Positions 23,795 to 37,206 of a stretch of DNA of 64,000 bases are shown here, piece after piece. The first letter of the stretch is position 1; each line of letters opens with the position of its first letter. Made by a program: the position numbers and the translations under genes. This stretch comes from Antedon mediterranea (taxonomy: Eukaryota; Animalia; Echinodermata), in assembly GCF_964355755.1 (NCBI RefSeq), contig NC_092670.1:34770388-34834387 (forward strand), given 5' to 3'. The notes under the pieces were generated by a model. The model saw nothing but the letters and a program-made list of their open reading frames with translations. It was not told the DNA's origin and did no database searches.

Positions 23795-26688
23795 ATGCCT
23801 AAGCAAGAGTGTGTCCAGTGTAGGGGTCCGCGGACGACGGTGAAATGGGATCGCCACATGCGATGTATTAAGTGCCGTACGTGCAATCAGGATAACCTGT
23901 GTGACGTTTGCGTTCGCTGGACGCCAGCCAAGTTTGCGTCGCTTCCGCGGCCCGTGGAACGCACTGTTGAGGTCGGTGTTCCGGAGGAGTCCGCGCCTGT
24001 GGCGGCTCCAGTGGTAGCTACGCACGATGTCGTGCCACGCGAGGAAGAGCCTGTGGCTTCCGTTCCACTTGCGAAGGAGGTTATTCTCGGCGCCGCGCCT
24101 GTTCCCGCTGCGGCCTCTGCAGCCCCGGACCCTAATGAGTTGTCTCCGGCGTTGCTGCATGCCATTGCGGCGGCGGTAAGGGCTTTACCAAGGGACGAGC
24201 CTACGGTAGCCCCAGCCCAGCGTCCTCCGATTCCGTATTATCCGGTGCCCCCTCCTCAGACACCACTACCGCCCTTTTCTGAGGGTGCTTCGATGGAAGA
24301 CGACTATTTGTCTGATCGGACTATGGTCACGCTCTCGGATGAGGAGAGAGCCGCGTCGCTTAGGGGGCCCGGTGAGGAGGGATTACAGGCGCTCGTGAAC
24401 AGAGTTCTTCCGGCGGTACTGGCCTATCTTGGAATCGACTACTCGCTCCGCGAGCCTAAGCCTACGCCTTCAACTAAGCGGTTTTCTACATTCGGCGTGC
24501 GTACGCCTCTTAGGAAAAGCACTACCTGTCCGGTGGTGCTTCTCGACCAAGAACTGGTCGACCGCTTAGACATGTTTGCGCGCGACTCAACAACGACACG
24601 TAGAGCCGCACCGTACATTCTCTCGTCTGCTTTTCCGGTGCCGTCAGCGCAATTTGATAAGTACATCATTGCACCGGGAGTGCCTGATGCAGCCAAAGAC
24701 CGCGTCCGAGAGGACCAGGGCGTAGAGGCTGGCAAGACCAACTACTTGGCTCCGAAGGCTGCTAAGACAGAAGAGACGCTTCTCGCAGTTGATAGAGCGG
24801 CCCTCGAGACAGTACGCGTGACGTCTATTTCTGGTTATCTCTTGTCGTTCCTGGCGGACCCGGAACACCCTAGAGAGCGCGATGACGAGGTCATCGCTTT
24901 GCTGCAGCAAATAACTGGTCTTATCGCTGATCAGCAAGCATTTATTTCCGTTACGTCGGCCGCTGCTCGCCGGGTCAACGTCCTCCAGGGGACAGATATC
25001 GCGCCAGCGCAATATCGTAGATTCACTACATCGGAATCTTTCGGCGCTAAGGATCTCTTCTTCGGGAGTTTCTCCCAAAAGGAAGATAAGTGGGCGCGTG
25101 AGCGGGAGGCACGTCGTGAAACTCTAGCCGTGGACGTTCAGGACCATCTAGACCGCCTCCCCCTTTTCCGGCTCCAGTACCGCCAACGCAACCGCCAGTA
25201 CCGACACCGGCGCGTCCTGATACGCAGGCTTCTACTTCTTCCCGCGTTCGCACCCCACATGACATCAACAGATATCCCCGACCTGCACGAGGCAGGCCCG
25301 GAAGATATGACGCCAGCCATAAGAGCGGCAGGCGTCCGGGTGCGTTCGCGCGTCGCCGGTGACGCGATCGGTACGCCCGTCCCCAACATCGACGGGCAGG
25401 TGGGGGGTCGCCTAAGACGGTTCGCCCGAGTGTGGGAGACCCTGTCGGAGGACAGGTGGATTCTCGCCACCATAAAAAACGGCTACAGCATCGAATTTAC
25501 GAGCCCCCCGGTGAGCGGGGGCGCTCGGTCGACAAGAATTCCGCCAGAGCCTCTAAAGAGATATGCGCTTCTGGACGGCCTCAATTCTCTACTCCAAAAA
25601 GGAGCAGTAGAACCAGTTGACGAACGATGCGCCGTCTCGGGACACGAGTCGACCGTCTTCTTCACAGAAAAGAAGACAGGCGACTGGCGACCTATTTTAA
25701 ACCTGAGGAGTCTAAACAGGCGGTTTATTCGGCCCCAAAGGTTTCGGATGGAGACAGTCTCATCCATCCTTCTGGGGCTAAGACGAGGAGACTGGGCAGC
25801 CTCGATAGACCTGAAAGATGTGTACTTTCACGTTCCTATCGCAGAGGCAGATCGACGTTGGCTACGTTTCAGAATCCTCGACCAATTGTACCAATTCGTC
25901 GCTTTGCCGTTCGGCCTATCGACGGCTCCACGCGTATTTACACGCATAGTCAGAACGCTGGCGTCGTTCTTCTACAAACATGGAATAAGAGTATTCATGT
26001 ATCTCGACGATTGGTTGGTCGTGGCCCAGTCCAAGGACAGGCTGATGAGCAGTCTACAATATGTCCTTCTCGTAACGGAACAGGCAGGTTTCATTGTCAA
26101 TCGGGAGAAGTCGTGCCTGGTGCCGACACAGCTCCCGTTATACCTCGGAGCACAAATAAATCTCGTGACGGGCTTGGCGTGTCCATCCCAACAACGCATC
26201 GCGTCTGCAATGAGTGCAGTACGCAATCTAATATCTGCTCGTGCTCCGACGGCTTACGAATGGCTCAGAGCACTGGGTTGTCTGGCCAGCTTCGTTGCCT
26301 TAGTTCCGTATTGCCGGCTACGTATGAGACCTTTACAGCTGCATCTGCTGGCTCATTACCGACCGCACATAGACTCCCTACACAAAGTGGTTCCGTCGAA
26401 TGCATTCATTCAGACGCATCTCGAATGGTGGCTGGTAGAAGGCAGGTTGACTGTGGGAATGCCGATTCAAAAATCTTTGCCGGACGTCCGTATAGAGACA
26501 GACGCATCCGAGACAGGCTGGGGCGGTTGCTCCAAGGCACTCCGGCCTTTGGACGGTCGAGGAGGCGCGCTCCCACATCAACCTCCTAGAACTCTGGGCA
26601 GTCGTCAGGACCTTGAAGGCCCTTCGACCTCACGTGTCCGGTCGTCACGTCCTTATCCATTCCGACAACACAACAGTGGTAGCATATA
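23795..26688 (+). CDS. DIRS gag plus reverse transcriptase/RNase H (frameshifted and interrupted)
   Basis: Cys/His-rich gag N-terminus; RT motifs VGGRL, WRPILNLR, IDLKDVYFHVPI, LPFGLSTAPRVF, YLDDWL; RNase H TDASETGWG, then HINLLEL and SDNTTVVAY in a shifted frame. Confidence 0.9.
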
Positions 26689-27451
26689 CAGTCGACTCCG
26701 CCTAAGTCGAATCTAATGGGACCGGTATAAAAATTCGAGTTACGCGAACTTCGACTTACAGATTTGCCAAAAAAATGCTAGGCCTAGGCCTAGGTTCACT
26801 CACTAGCTGCACTATATGGCTAGGCCTAGGACCCTGCCCTGTCGCGATGAGCCTTCTTGAATTGAATTTGCTTAGCTAGCTAGCTAGGCCTAAAAAATGC
26901 TAAGCCTCTTTATCGGCAATGATAAACTGTATTTTTCCGAAACAATACAAAAACGTATAATAAATACATTTCGATTCTTATTCTCGGTGTTTATTGCCAT
27001 TTGCCTAGCACAAAATAGGTACCCACAAAACGCCGCTCAAGTTCTCAACTCGACTGAAACAACTCAAACACTATATACACACTAGCGCGAGTTGTAGGAC
27101 GCCGCCTATACTATACAACCTGCTTGAGAGAACCGATATGGTCCCACATTATCCCCTCTGTTGTTTGTTTATCGAATTACGTACATTTCATCATGGAGGT
27201 GGTTTCATCGGCTTTTTTAACGCGTTGTTGCCGCGTAATTTGTGACTTCGACTTATACGAAATAAATCACTAAAGAATGTGTGTATTCGGACCGCAAAAA
27301 GACGTCGACTTAGACGAATTTCGACTTAGAAAAATTCGACTTAGAAATAAAAATTACACAGTAATGTATAGGAAAGAATTGGGACTTTCCTAAAAATTCG
27401 ACTTTCGCGATTTTTCGACTTACGCGAATTCGACTTAGGCGGAGTCGACTG
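26689..27451. mobile_element. Tc1/mariner (pogo/Tigger-like) MITE, 763 bp, nested in the DIRS RNase H
   Basis: Perfect 23-bp TIR CAGTCGACTCCGCCTAAGTCGAA and TA TSD. Removing it restores DNTTVVAYINRQGGTRS. Confidence 0.92.
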
Positions 27452-28147
27452 TATAAATCGTCAGGGAGGCACGAGGTCACCGACGTTATGCTGTCACCGA
27501 CGTTATGCTTCCACCTCTGGAGACTGATGATGTGGTGCATAGGCTACAACATCAAACTCTCGGCTGCCCACATTGCGGGCAGCCTCAACATTGTGGCGGA
27601 CGCTCTGTCCCGACAAACACTTTGTCCCACGGAATGGCGCCTTCTACCCAGCATTGCCACACTGATATTCGACCACTTCGGGCGGCCTCATATAGATCTG
27701 TTTGCGACGTCAGACAACACACAGCTCCCGACCTTCTGCACAAGGTTTCGGGATGCACGTGCGTGGGCGGTGGATGCCCTATCCATACCGTGGGACGGAC
27801 TATGGGCTTATGCGTTTCCACCGATCTCACTAATACCAACTGTTCTGACGCACATTCAGCGCCATCCTTGCCGGGTCCTTCTGATCGCCCCGGGCTGGGC
27901 TCGACAAGCGTGGTATCCACTGCTTCTCGACCTGCTCTACGATCATCCCCTGCGTCTTCCAGTTCAAGAGGATCTGCTGACGCAGGGCCGAGCTGTGTTC
28001 TCACTACAGAACCTACAATCCCTGCGCCTGACTGTATGGCCATTGTCAGGGATCAGCTCCGAGACTCAGGCATTCCAGATGGCCCTGCCGCCCTCGCGGC
28101 GAAATCTCGTCGGGAATCTACTCTTACCGTCTACAATAGCCGATTAA
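27452..28147 (+). CDS. DIRS RNase H C-terminus plus adenine-methyltransferase-like domain
   Basis: HIAGSLNIVADALSR (end of RNase H); IDLFA and WAYAFPP motifs of the DIRS MT domain. Confidence 0.85.
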   Translation, partial: YKSSGRHEVTDVMLSPTLCFHLWRLMMWCIGYNIKLSAAHIAGSLNIVADALSRQTLCPTEWRLLPSIATLIFDHFGRPHIDLFATSDNTQLPTFCTRFRDARAWAVDALSIPWDGLWAYAFPPISLIPTVLTHIQRHPCRVLLIAPGWARQAWYPLLLDLLYDHPLRLPVQEDLLTQGRAVFSLQNLQSLRLTVWPLSGISSETQAFQMALPPSRRNLVGNLLLPSTIAD

Positions 28148-29064
28148 AGCATTTCTTTACATGGTGCAGGCGCCAACAAATAACACCAGGGTTGGTTACC
28201 CTTGGTCAAGTATGCGCCTTCCTGCATTACCTATTTGAGTCAGGTCTTCAGGTCCGCACCATTTCAGGCTATAGGTCCGCCATTGGGGCGATGACACCAA
28301 CACTGAAAGACGGTTCTACGATTTCGTCATCCTCCGTTATCACTCAGCTGATACGGGGGATGTTCAGACAACGACCTCCAGTCAAGGTCTTGATTCCTCG
28401 ATGGGATGTCAACGTCGTTCTAGCCGCTCTTACACGCCCGCCATTTGAGCCTATGAGTAAGGCTTCTCTTTACAATCTCTCGCTGAAGACGGCGTTCCTG
28501 CTCGCATTGTCATCGTGCAAACGCCGAGGCGAGCTGCACGCTCTTTCCTTAGAACCAGGGCATGTGAGGTTCGAGCGAGGCGGCGTGAGGCTAGTGTTTA
28601 GGAAAGATTTCCTAGCAAAAACTCAGACGTTGAAATATTCGCCGCCGGCTGTGTTCGTCCCCACCATCACATCTTACTCGGCGGTTGACGGAGACAAACT
28701 TTGGTGCCCAGTGAGGGCCCTCAAGTGGTATATCCACCGCACAAAGACAAATAGAGACGGAGTGTCTCACCTGTTTGTCACCTCTGTTCCACCACACCGC
28801 GCCGCAGCTAAATCGACCATAGCAAGGTGGGTCGTATCTACAATTCAAAACGCTTACACGTCATCGGACACACCGCCGCCGGCACACATGCATCAATTGC
28901 GCGCGGTTGCCACTTCGTGGGCGTTGTTCGCGGGTGTCCCTGTAGCTGACATTATGGAAGCGGCATGGTGGCGAACACAGTCTACATTCACCTCTTACTA
29001 TCTTTCGGATGTGTCCGCTAACCTAGCTCCAGTGGCGACAGCAGTACTGAAGCCTCGTCTATAG
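27505..29064 (+). CDS. DIRS tyrosine recombinase
   Basis: Catalytic pattern R (KRRGEL), HxxR (HQLR) and Y (FTSYYL), plus the CPVRAL motif; overlaps the pol frame. Confidence 0.92.
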   Translation: MLPPLETDDVVHRLQHQTLGCPHCGQPQHCGGRSVPTNTLSHGMAPSTQHCHTDIRPLRAASYRSVCDVRQHTAPDLLHKVSGCTCVGGGCPIHTVGRTMGLCVSTDLTNTNCSDAHSAPSLPGPSDRPGLGSTSVVSTASRPALRSSPASSSSRGSADAGPSCVLTTEPTIPAPDCMAIVRDQLRDSGIPDGPAALAAKSRRESTLTVYNSRLKHFFTWCRRQQITPGLVTLGQVCAFLHYLFESGLQVRTISGYRSAIGAMTPTLKDGSTISSSSVITQLIRGMFRQRPPVKVLIPRWDVNVVLAALTRPPFEPMSKASLYNLSLKTAFLLALSSCKRRGELHALSLEPGHVRFERGGVRLVFRKDFLAKTQTLKYSPPAVFVPTITSYSAVDGDKLWCPVRALKWYIHRTKTNRDGVSHLFVTSVPPHRAAAKSTIARWVVSTIQNAYTSSDTPPPAHMHQLRAVATSWALFAGVPVADIMEAAWWRTQSTFTSYYLSDVSANLAPVATAVLKPRL

Positions 29065-29133
29065 GTATGTACTGGTAAAATTTTGTTTCTTGTCACCCAC
29101 CGCCGACTAGATATCTAGTCCGGTGCTACACTG

Positions 29134-29230
29134 GCTTATGTCGTGTTTATCCAGGTAAGCAGGCACGATATAGACTACACAAACCAGAAATGGTGTTGGT
29201 AGTCTATGAGTGCCGCTTACCTGGATAAAC
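29134..29230. repeat. DIRS internal complementary region (ICR)
   Basis: Reverse complement of the left terminus (…aggcacgatatagac) joined to the reverse complement of the right terminus (tacacaaaccagaaatgg…). Confidence 0.9.
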
Positions 29231-31798
29231 GCCCGCCCGCTGTCCCCTCAGACAAGAGGTCTTGAGAAATGATGACGGTATTACGTGGGAGTGGTCCCAC
29301 TAGAGGGCGCTATAGCGGACTGTCCCATTTATCATGGAGGTGAGCTACCGCTAAATTCTTCTTTTCGTAATTGTTTCGCACTTCGTGGAAAAGGGCTTAT
29401 GTCGTGTTTATCCAGGTAAGCGGCACTCATAGACTACCAACACCATTTCTGGTTTGTGTAAGAATCAAGACAGCGTTAAAAATGTAAAAACCTTATAAAA
29501 AGTTTAAACAAACATAGAAAACATCAAAAGTCAAAAAAGGCAAGAGCAGTCGCAAGTCAGCAGGGAAGGTATTATTGAATTATATTTAGAAGTTGACCCA
29601 GCTCACGCGTCGATATCTGGGTCATGCTACAGTAAATCTAAGAACCAAAATGCATACTGTAGTTACTTTTCAGGAGGTTTCTTCCTTTTGTAAGAATCAA
29701 TAATCTATTCACAACTATATTTACAAGTCTAATTTCCACTGTCTACTGTTGTTGGGTTGTTAACTCAAACGCCTAGAATAAAGCATAAATGTACTAATAA
29801 TATCATGCCCGCTCATGAAACAAAAAGTGACAAAGATTCACGATTAACAAATGTTTAATTTACAAATACATCTTGGTCCGTCAAAAACATTTTGTGGTAC
29901 AATTTAGATTGTTGAAGTTATGGTTTAGACAGACTATAATTATATTCATTAGGGACCAAACTCGTCATAGAGATTTCCATCTTCAGTGTCATCTACTCAT
30001 TTATATCTGTTAAGAGTTCATCTGTCACTTTAGTACTACATGTATTTTTTTATTTCATTTGTTTTTTTTATATTAGAAATCATAACATGTTTCATTGATT
30101 TTGTATTTCTCATCAATGATCTGTATACATATCAACCTAGTTTGACAAAAAAAGTATAGATGATTTATAGAGTATCTAGAGATTCTATTTTTATTTATTT
30201 GATTAGTAGTCTACTTTAAACTCTAATTATTATTTTTGAACGATTGTGTAACAAAATTTAAATAGCAGAGTATTTTCTAAAAAGCAAGGTAAAAAAATTG
30301 ATACTTGTAAATGTATCCTATATTAATTTCCATAGCATGTGAGCAAGATTTATTTTAACAATTTGTGATCTAAATACTGTATTTAGATATGAACCAATGT
30401 AATTCTATTATCTAAACCAAGAGCTTGTAACTTATTAATTAGAAAATGATAAAATGTATGAAGGATGCACATATCAGAACAAATTTCCCATTTTCACACA
30501 CGCTCTCGCCGTATAGCCATCGTGAATTCACTGTGACGTCACTGTTGCATTAGAAAATATACTGAGTGAGTTTTCATTGTTGTTAACATGCAAGTAGGTA
30601 TTCGTCAAATTACTAGATCTAGTAATGTTTTACTACTTCTCGCTTTGTATCTGGTTACAATAATAGTAATAATGTGTATAATATTCTCTCTTTATTTCCA
30701 AAAAATACAAAAATATTGACTTTATATCTTGTGCCAAATGGCCAAATTGCATGTAAAAATCATGCCAAAAATACCTCATAAAATGTAAGATAATCAAGAC
30801 AGCATTAAAAATGTACAAAAAGTTTTAAAAAACAAAAGAAACAGGCATAGAAAACATCAAAAGTCAAAAAAGGCAAGAGCAGTAGCAAGTCAGCAGGGAA
30901 GGTAAAATTGAATCAAAATTGAGAATTTAATAATTTGATAAACAACGGTACAGGAATATTAGCAAATCTAGTTGCTTTAGTGACTAGTTGGGTAATTTTG
31001 TTTTTATTTCTTTTAAATTCCTACCATGACAACCAACCTAGTCGGTGGAATAAGATCAGCAGTCTGTTTGATCTTGGAAAGATCCTCAGCACACTTCCGA
31101 CAATGCTCTACCCTTCTATGAGCCAACGTTGCAAGTTTAAAAAATTCAAAGGCGCCAAAGTATGAAGAGTAACAATTACCTAAAATAATTCAGCAAGCCC
31201 ACTTTTGCACATTTTCATTATAATCACTTAATCTACTGGTCAAGCCAGGATCCCATACTACATCAACATACTCCATAACTGGAATAATATACCCACAAAA
31301 GGTCCTTTTAAGCTCTATACCAAATCAAATCGTTTTAATGATCGTAAGAGAATCTGGGTCATGCTACAGTAAATCCAAGAACCAAAATGCGTAGTTACTT
31401 TTCAGAAGGTTTCCTCCTTTTGTAAGAATAAACAATCCATTGACAACTATATTTACAAGTCTGTAAACGCCTAGAATAAAGCATGTACTAATAATATCAT
31501 GCCCACTCATGAAAAAAAAGGTGACAAAGGTTCACGATTAACAAATGTTTTAAACTACGAATACATCTTGGTCCGTGGGGACAAACATTCTTTCACTTTA
31601 ATACTATTAGTCATTTGTTTTTTTTTTTATTAGAAATCGTAACATGTTTCATTGATGTTATATTTCTCATCAATAATCTCTGTCTACACTATATTAACCT
31701 AGTTTAACAAAAAAGTGTGATGTGCCCAAATATGGTAGTGATATGACATCATCATGTTCATATATGTGCACATAAAGTTTGATAGTGTAGACAGAGCT

Positions 31799-33627
31799 TT
31801 ACATCTGTGAATCATCGTTTTGTGTTTCTTCTGCTTGTCTGTTGTTGCTTGTTGATGGTTCTTTAATATCATAATAGATCACTTCACTGTCTGTCTGTTG
31901 GCCTCTAAAGGTTTGTCCAATTGTCACATTGTGTCTTTGTTGTTGCATTGCATGGACATCTGGAATGTCACTGTCACTATTGTCACTGTTTCTTCTATAA
32001 TAAACAGGCTCTGGCTTCTGGTGCTTTCTTTTGTGTAGGTAAAGCAGCACCATTATAAGAAACCCAAATATGGTTGTTGATGATGCCAATAGTATAGTTA
32101 TTAAACTAGGGACTCTTTCACTTGCTTTTACAATTGATGTAGAGGGATAAACAAAAACATTTATCTCATCGGAACTGTTCTGAACATCTGTAATCACCAG
32201 ACACTTGACAGAGTAAGTACCAGCGGCAGCTGTTAAATTGTTAAAGCATATTTCATCTTTTTCTTTGTTGTCATCTGTCAGAATTTCCTTTCCATTTAAA
32301 GTCCAATTGTATAGTGTCTTATTACCCGATCCCCCTACTGTGTAGCACTTGAAGCAATTTGTATCCAACTGGATCTCGGGTGTTTTGTACAACATTTTTA
32401 TTTTTACAGTTAATTTAGAGAGAAGAATAGGTTTGAGGATAAGATCTTTTACTGTAAATTCTATCCCATCTGAACTGTTCTGGACATCAGTAAACACCAG
32501 ACACTTGACAGTGTAATTACCTGCTGGTAAATTGTTGAAGCATCTTTCATCATTCTCTAAATTGTCATCATCCTCTATAATTTCTTCTTCATTTAAAATC
32601 CAATTGTACATTTTCTTATCACCAGATCCACCTTCTGTGAAGCACTTAAAGCAATTTTTATCCAAATGGACTTCTGGTGATTCATACAATCTTTTTACTT
32701 TCACAATTAATTTAGAAAGAGGAATAGTTTTGAGGAAAAGATCTTTGACTGTAAACTCTATCTCATCAGACCCGTTCTGTACATCAGTAATCACCAGACG
32801 CTTGACAGTGTAATTACCTGCTGGCAAATCCACAAAGCATCTTTCGTCTTTCTCCTGGTTGTCATTATCCTCTGTAATAGGTTTTTCTCCATTTAAAGTC
32901 TAACTGTAAATTTTCTTACTTTCAGATCCACCTTCTGTGTAGCACTTGAAATAGTTTGTATCCACATTACAAAGTTCAAGCGTTTCATACAATCTTTTTA
33001 TTTTCACAATTAATCGAGAATAAACATTTAGTATTGTTGTGGAGCAGCTATACCACATTGAATTGAAAAATATTTCAAAAGTACAATAAAAGAATATACC
33101 ATCTCCAGTTTGGAAACCAGTCAAAGTGTGGTTAAACCTTGAGTTACTCATTACATCATGTGACTGTATAGTGTTATTTCTTCCTTGGATCCATCCAGTT
33201 GTGTATACCTCTTGCTCATTTTTCTCAGCATTTTCATCTTTTAAGATACACGAGACGTTCGCTTGTTCACCTTCAATGATGAAAAATCACATGTAGGTTT
33301 CAACTTTGGTTCTACTGTTGATTGATATACTGAATCTGATGGAACTAAATAATGTTTATTTTCACTATCTTGACATGTGTATATTCCTTCATTTTGTGGA
33401 GCATTGAAAGATATCAAGAGTTGACAATTCACTATGTTATTGTTATCAGGATATTTGCCATGAGTATTCCCATCAAACTGTTGACTTATTGGTAGTATTG
33501 CTAGACCATTCAAATTAGGCCACTCTGCAACAGCTGTATAAAACCACAATACAGCTGTACTTGCATCAGTGACATCCAACATACAAACCACTGCTACAAA
33601 GATGAGATGAAGAGTTGATCAAGTCAT
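31799..33627 (-). pseudogene. Ig-like receptor copy D with three tandem copies of the membrane-proximal domain
   Basis: C-like N-terminus with TGG to TGA at codon 3, a frameshift near 33270 and a stop at 32900; the FKC..GGS..Y.W.LN..AG.Y.VK unit occurs three times. Confidence 0.8.
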
Positions 33628-34684
33628 TTTGTAGAATAACTTGAGTCTCTCCTAATTTTTCTAAATAGAAAATCAGTGTTCTACACCATTTTCTAGTTTG
33701 TATAGAATAACATCCATGAATAGCTTTGGCAATGTTGCAACAAGGAAAGATAAAAATTGTTGGTTTTATAAATGAATATAGGAAACTGCAGTATAACTAT
33801 TATTTCCTTCATTATATTATGATTTTATGACCTCAGATATTATTTTTAGATAATGTTGATTGTTGAATAGCTATAGTTTTTGGCCGGTAAATATAAACCA
33901 ATGCATTCTGGGATATGTGATGTCAGTGGAAATCTAGCATACTGCCATAAATTCTATGTTACAGTTTTTTTTGTTCTGCTTTAATTCTACTCACAAACAT
34001 TACAAGAAAAACGGAGCAAAAAAGTGTACTTTTATGGCAGTGAGAAATTTATTTTATTCAAAAGAAGAAATTATATCCTGTATTAATTATACAAATTTAG
34101 CCAGAAATGCCTCCAAAATAGTACTAGCAATTAAAGAATTTAAAAAAAAGGATTAAGGATTCCCTTATGACAATGACTAAAATGTACTTATTTACATCAC
34201 TATTTGCAAAATCAAATACAAACTAGATTTTAACTCGTCACTTTGGACAAGTTAGGTTATCCGCTGAAGTACAACTTGCATGCACGTTAAAATATGAATG
34301 CAGAAAATTGTTTAAACAAGAATATTTTATAATATGGAAGAAAATGGGGGACAATTTTGATTCTTTCCTGTTGCACTATTGCCACATGAAAACTGACCTG
34401 ACCTTGGAGTTTGTACTGCAGAATTCTTCATTTTTATTAAAGAAGTATAAACAATTATAACTTTATTGATATATTGTTATTTTATTAAGGAACAGTGAAT
34501 GAATATTTTTTTGTTGTTGAAATGTTTGTATTTCATAAGGTCCAATAATTGTGCTTACATTTGTTATTAATATGGATAGGGCAATTGAAGTATTACCAAG
34601 CATTCATTTAACAATGTATGGATTGAATATACTTCAATTTAAAGATAATAGCAACATTTTGTAAAATCGTTTTTCATTCTATAG

Positions 34685-36674
<1,990 letters not shown>

Positions 36675-37206
36675 CAATATTATAACTTTTTTTCATGGTG
36701 TCAATGTAATCAAGAAAGAAGTTTGGTTTGGACATCTAAAACATATGTAAGGTCAACAGATTGAAACACGGGAGAGATGTCTACTGTGTCCCCTGTATTT
36801 TGAAATCCCAATAATATAATTCATAATCTTGTGATATGTCAAGGTATGCAGGATGTTCTGTAATCTATAAAACATGTTTATGAAACCAAGGCAATGTAAC
36901 AACGGGGCACTGAGCATTGCTAATCAAAAGGTGTTTTTCGTCAAGGCCGTGCAAGGCCATAAATTATTCTTAAAATTAACAACAGAGGTAAATATACAGT
37001 GTGGTATAAAAATAGAGAAAATTTTCCCATGATAAAAACATAAAAACAATTTTAACCTACTGTAAGCTACACAATACATTCAAGCAAGTAATAATAATTT
37101 GATTTAAAAGTAAAAATGATTAATGAATGAACAGAATATATAAAAAGAAAAACAATTTAGCATCCTGTTGTTGAAGAAATAATACTGTATCTATTGGATA
37201 GACAAT

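Larger units (their letters stand above)
23243..29460 (+). mobile_element. Full-length DIRS1-type tyrosine-recombinase retrotransposon (inactivated)
   Basis: GC-rich island with inverted terminal repeats (23243-23423 and 29265-29460), an internal complementary region (29134-29230), gag, RT, RNase H, MT and YR coding regions, and no clear TSD. Confidence 0.95.

Noticed and set aside
23729-28848. Many minus-strand ORFs inside the DIRS element
   Set aside because: Expected shadows of GC-rich, dual-frame coding sequence; no motifs.
27488-29064. Methyltransferase plus integrase as a prophage or bacterial contaminant
   Set aside because: ITR/ICR structure and RT/RNase H identify a DIRS retrotransposon, and its flanks match host paralogous DNA.
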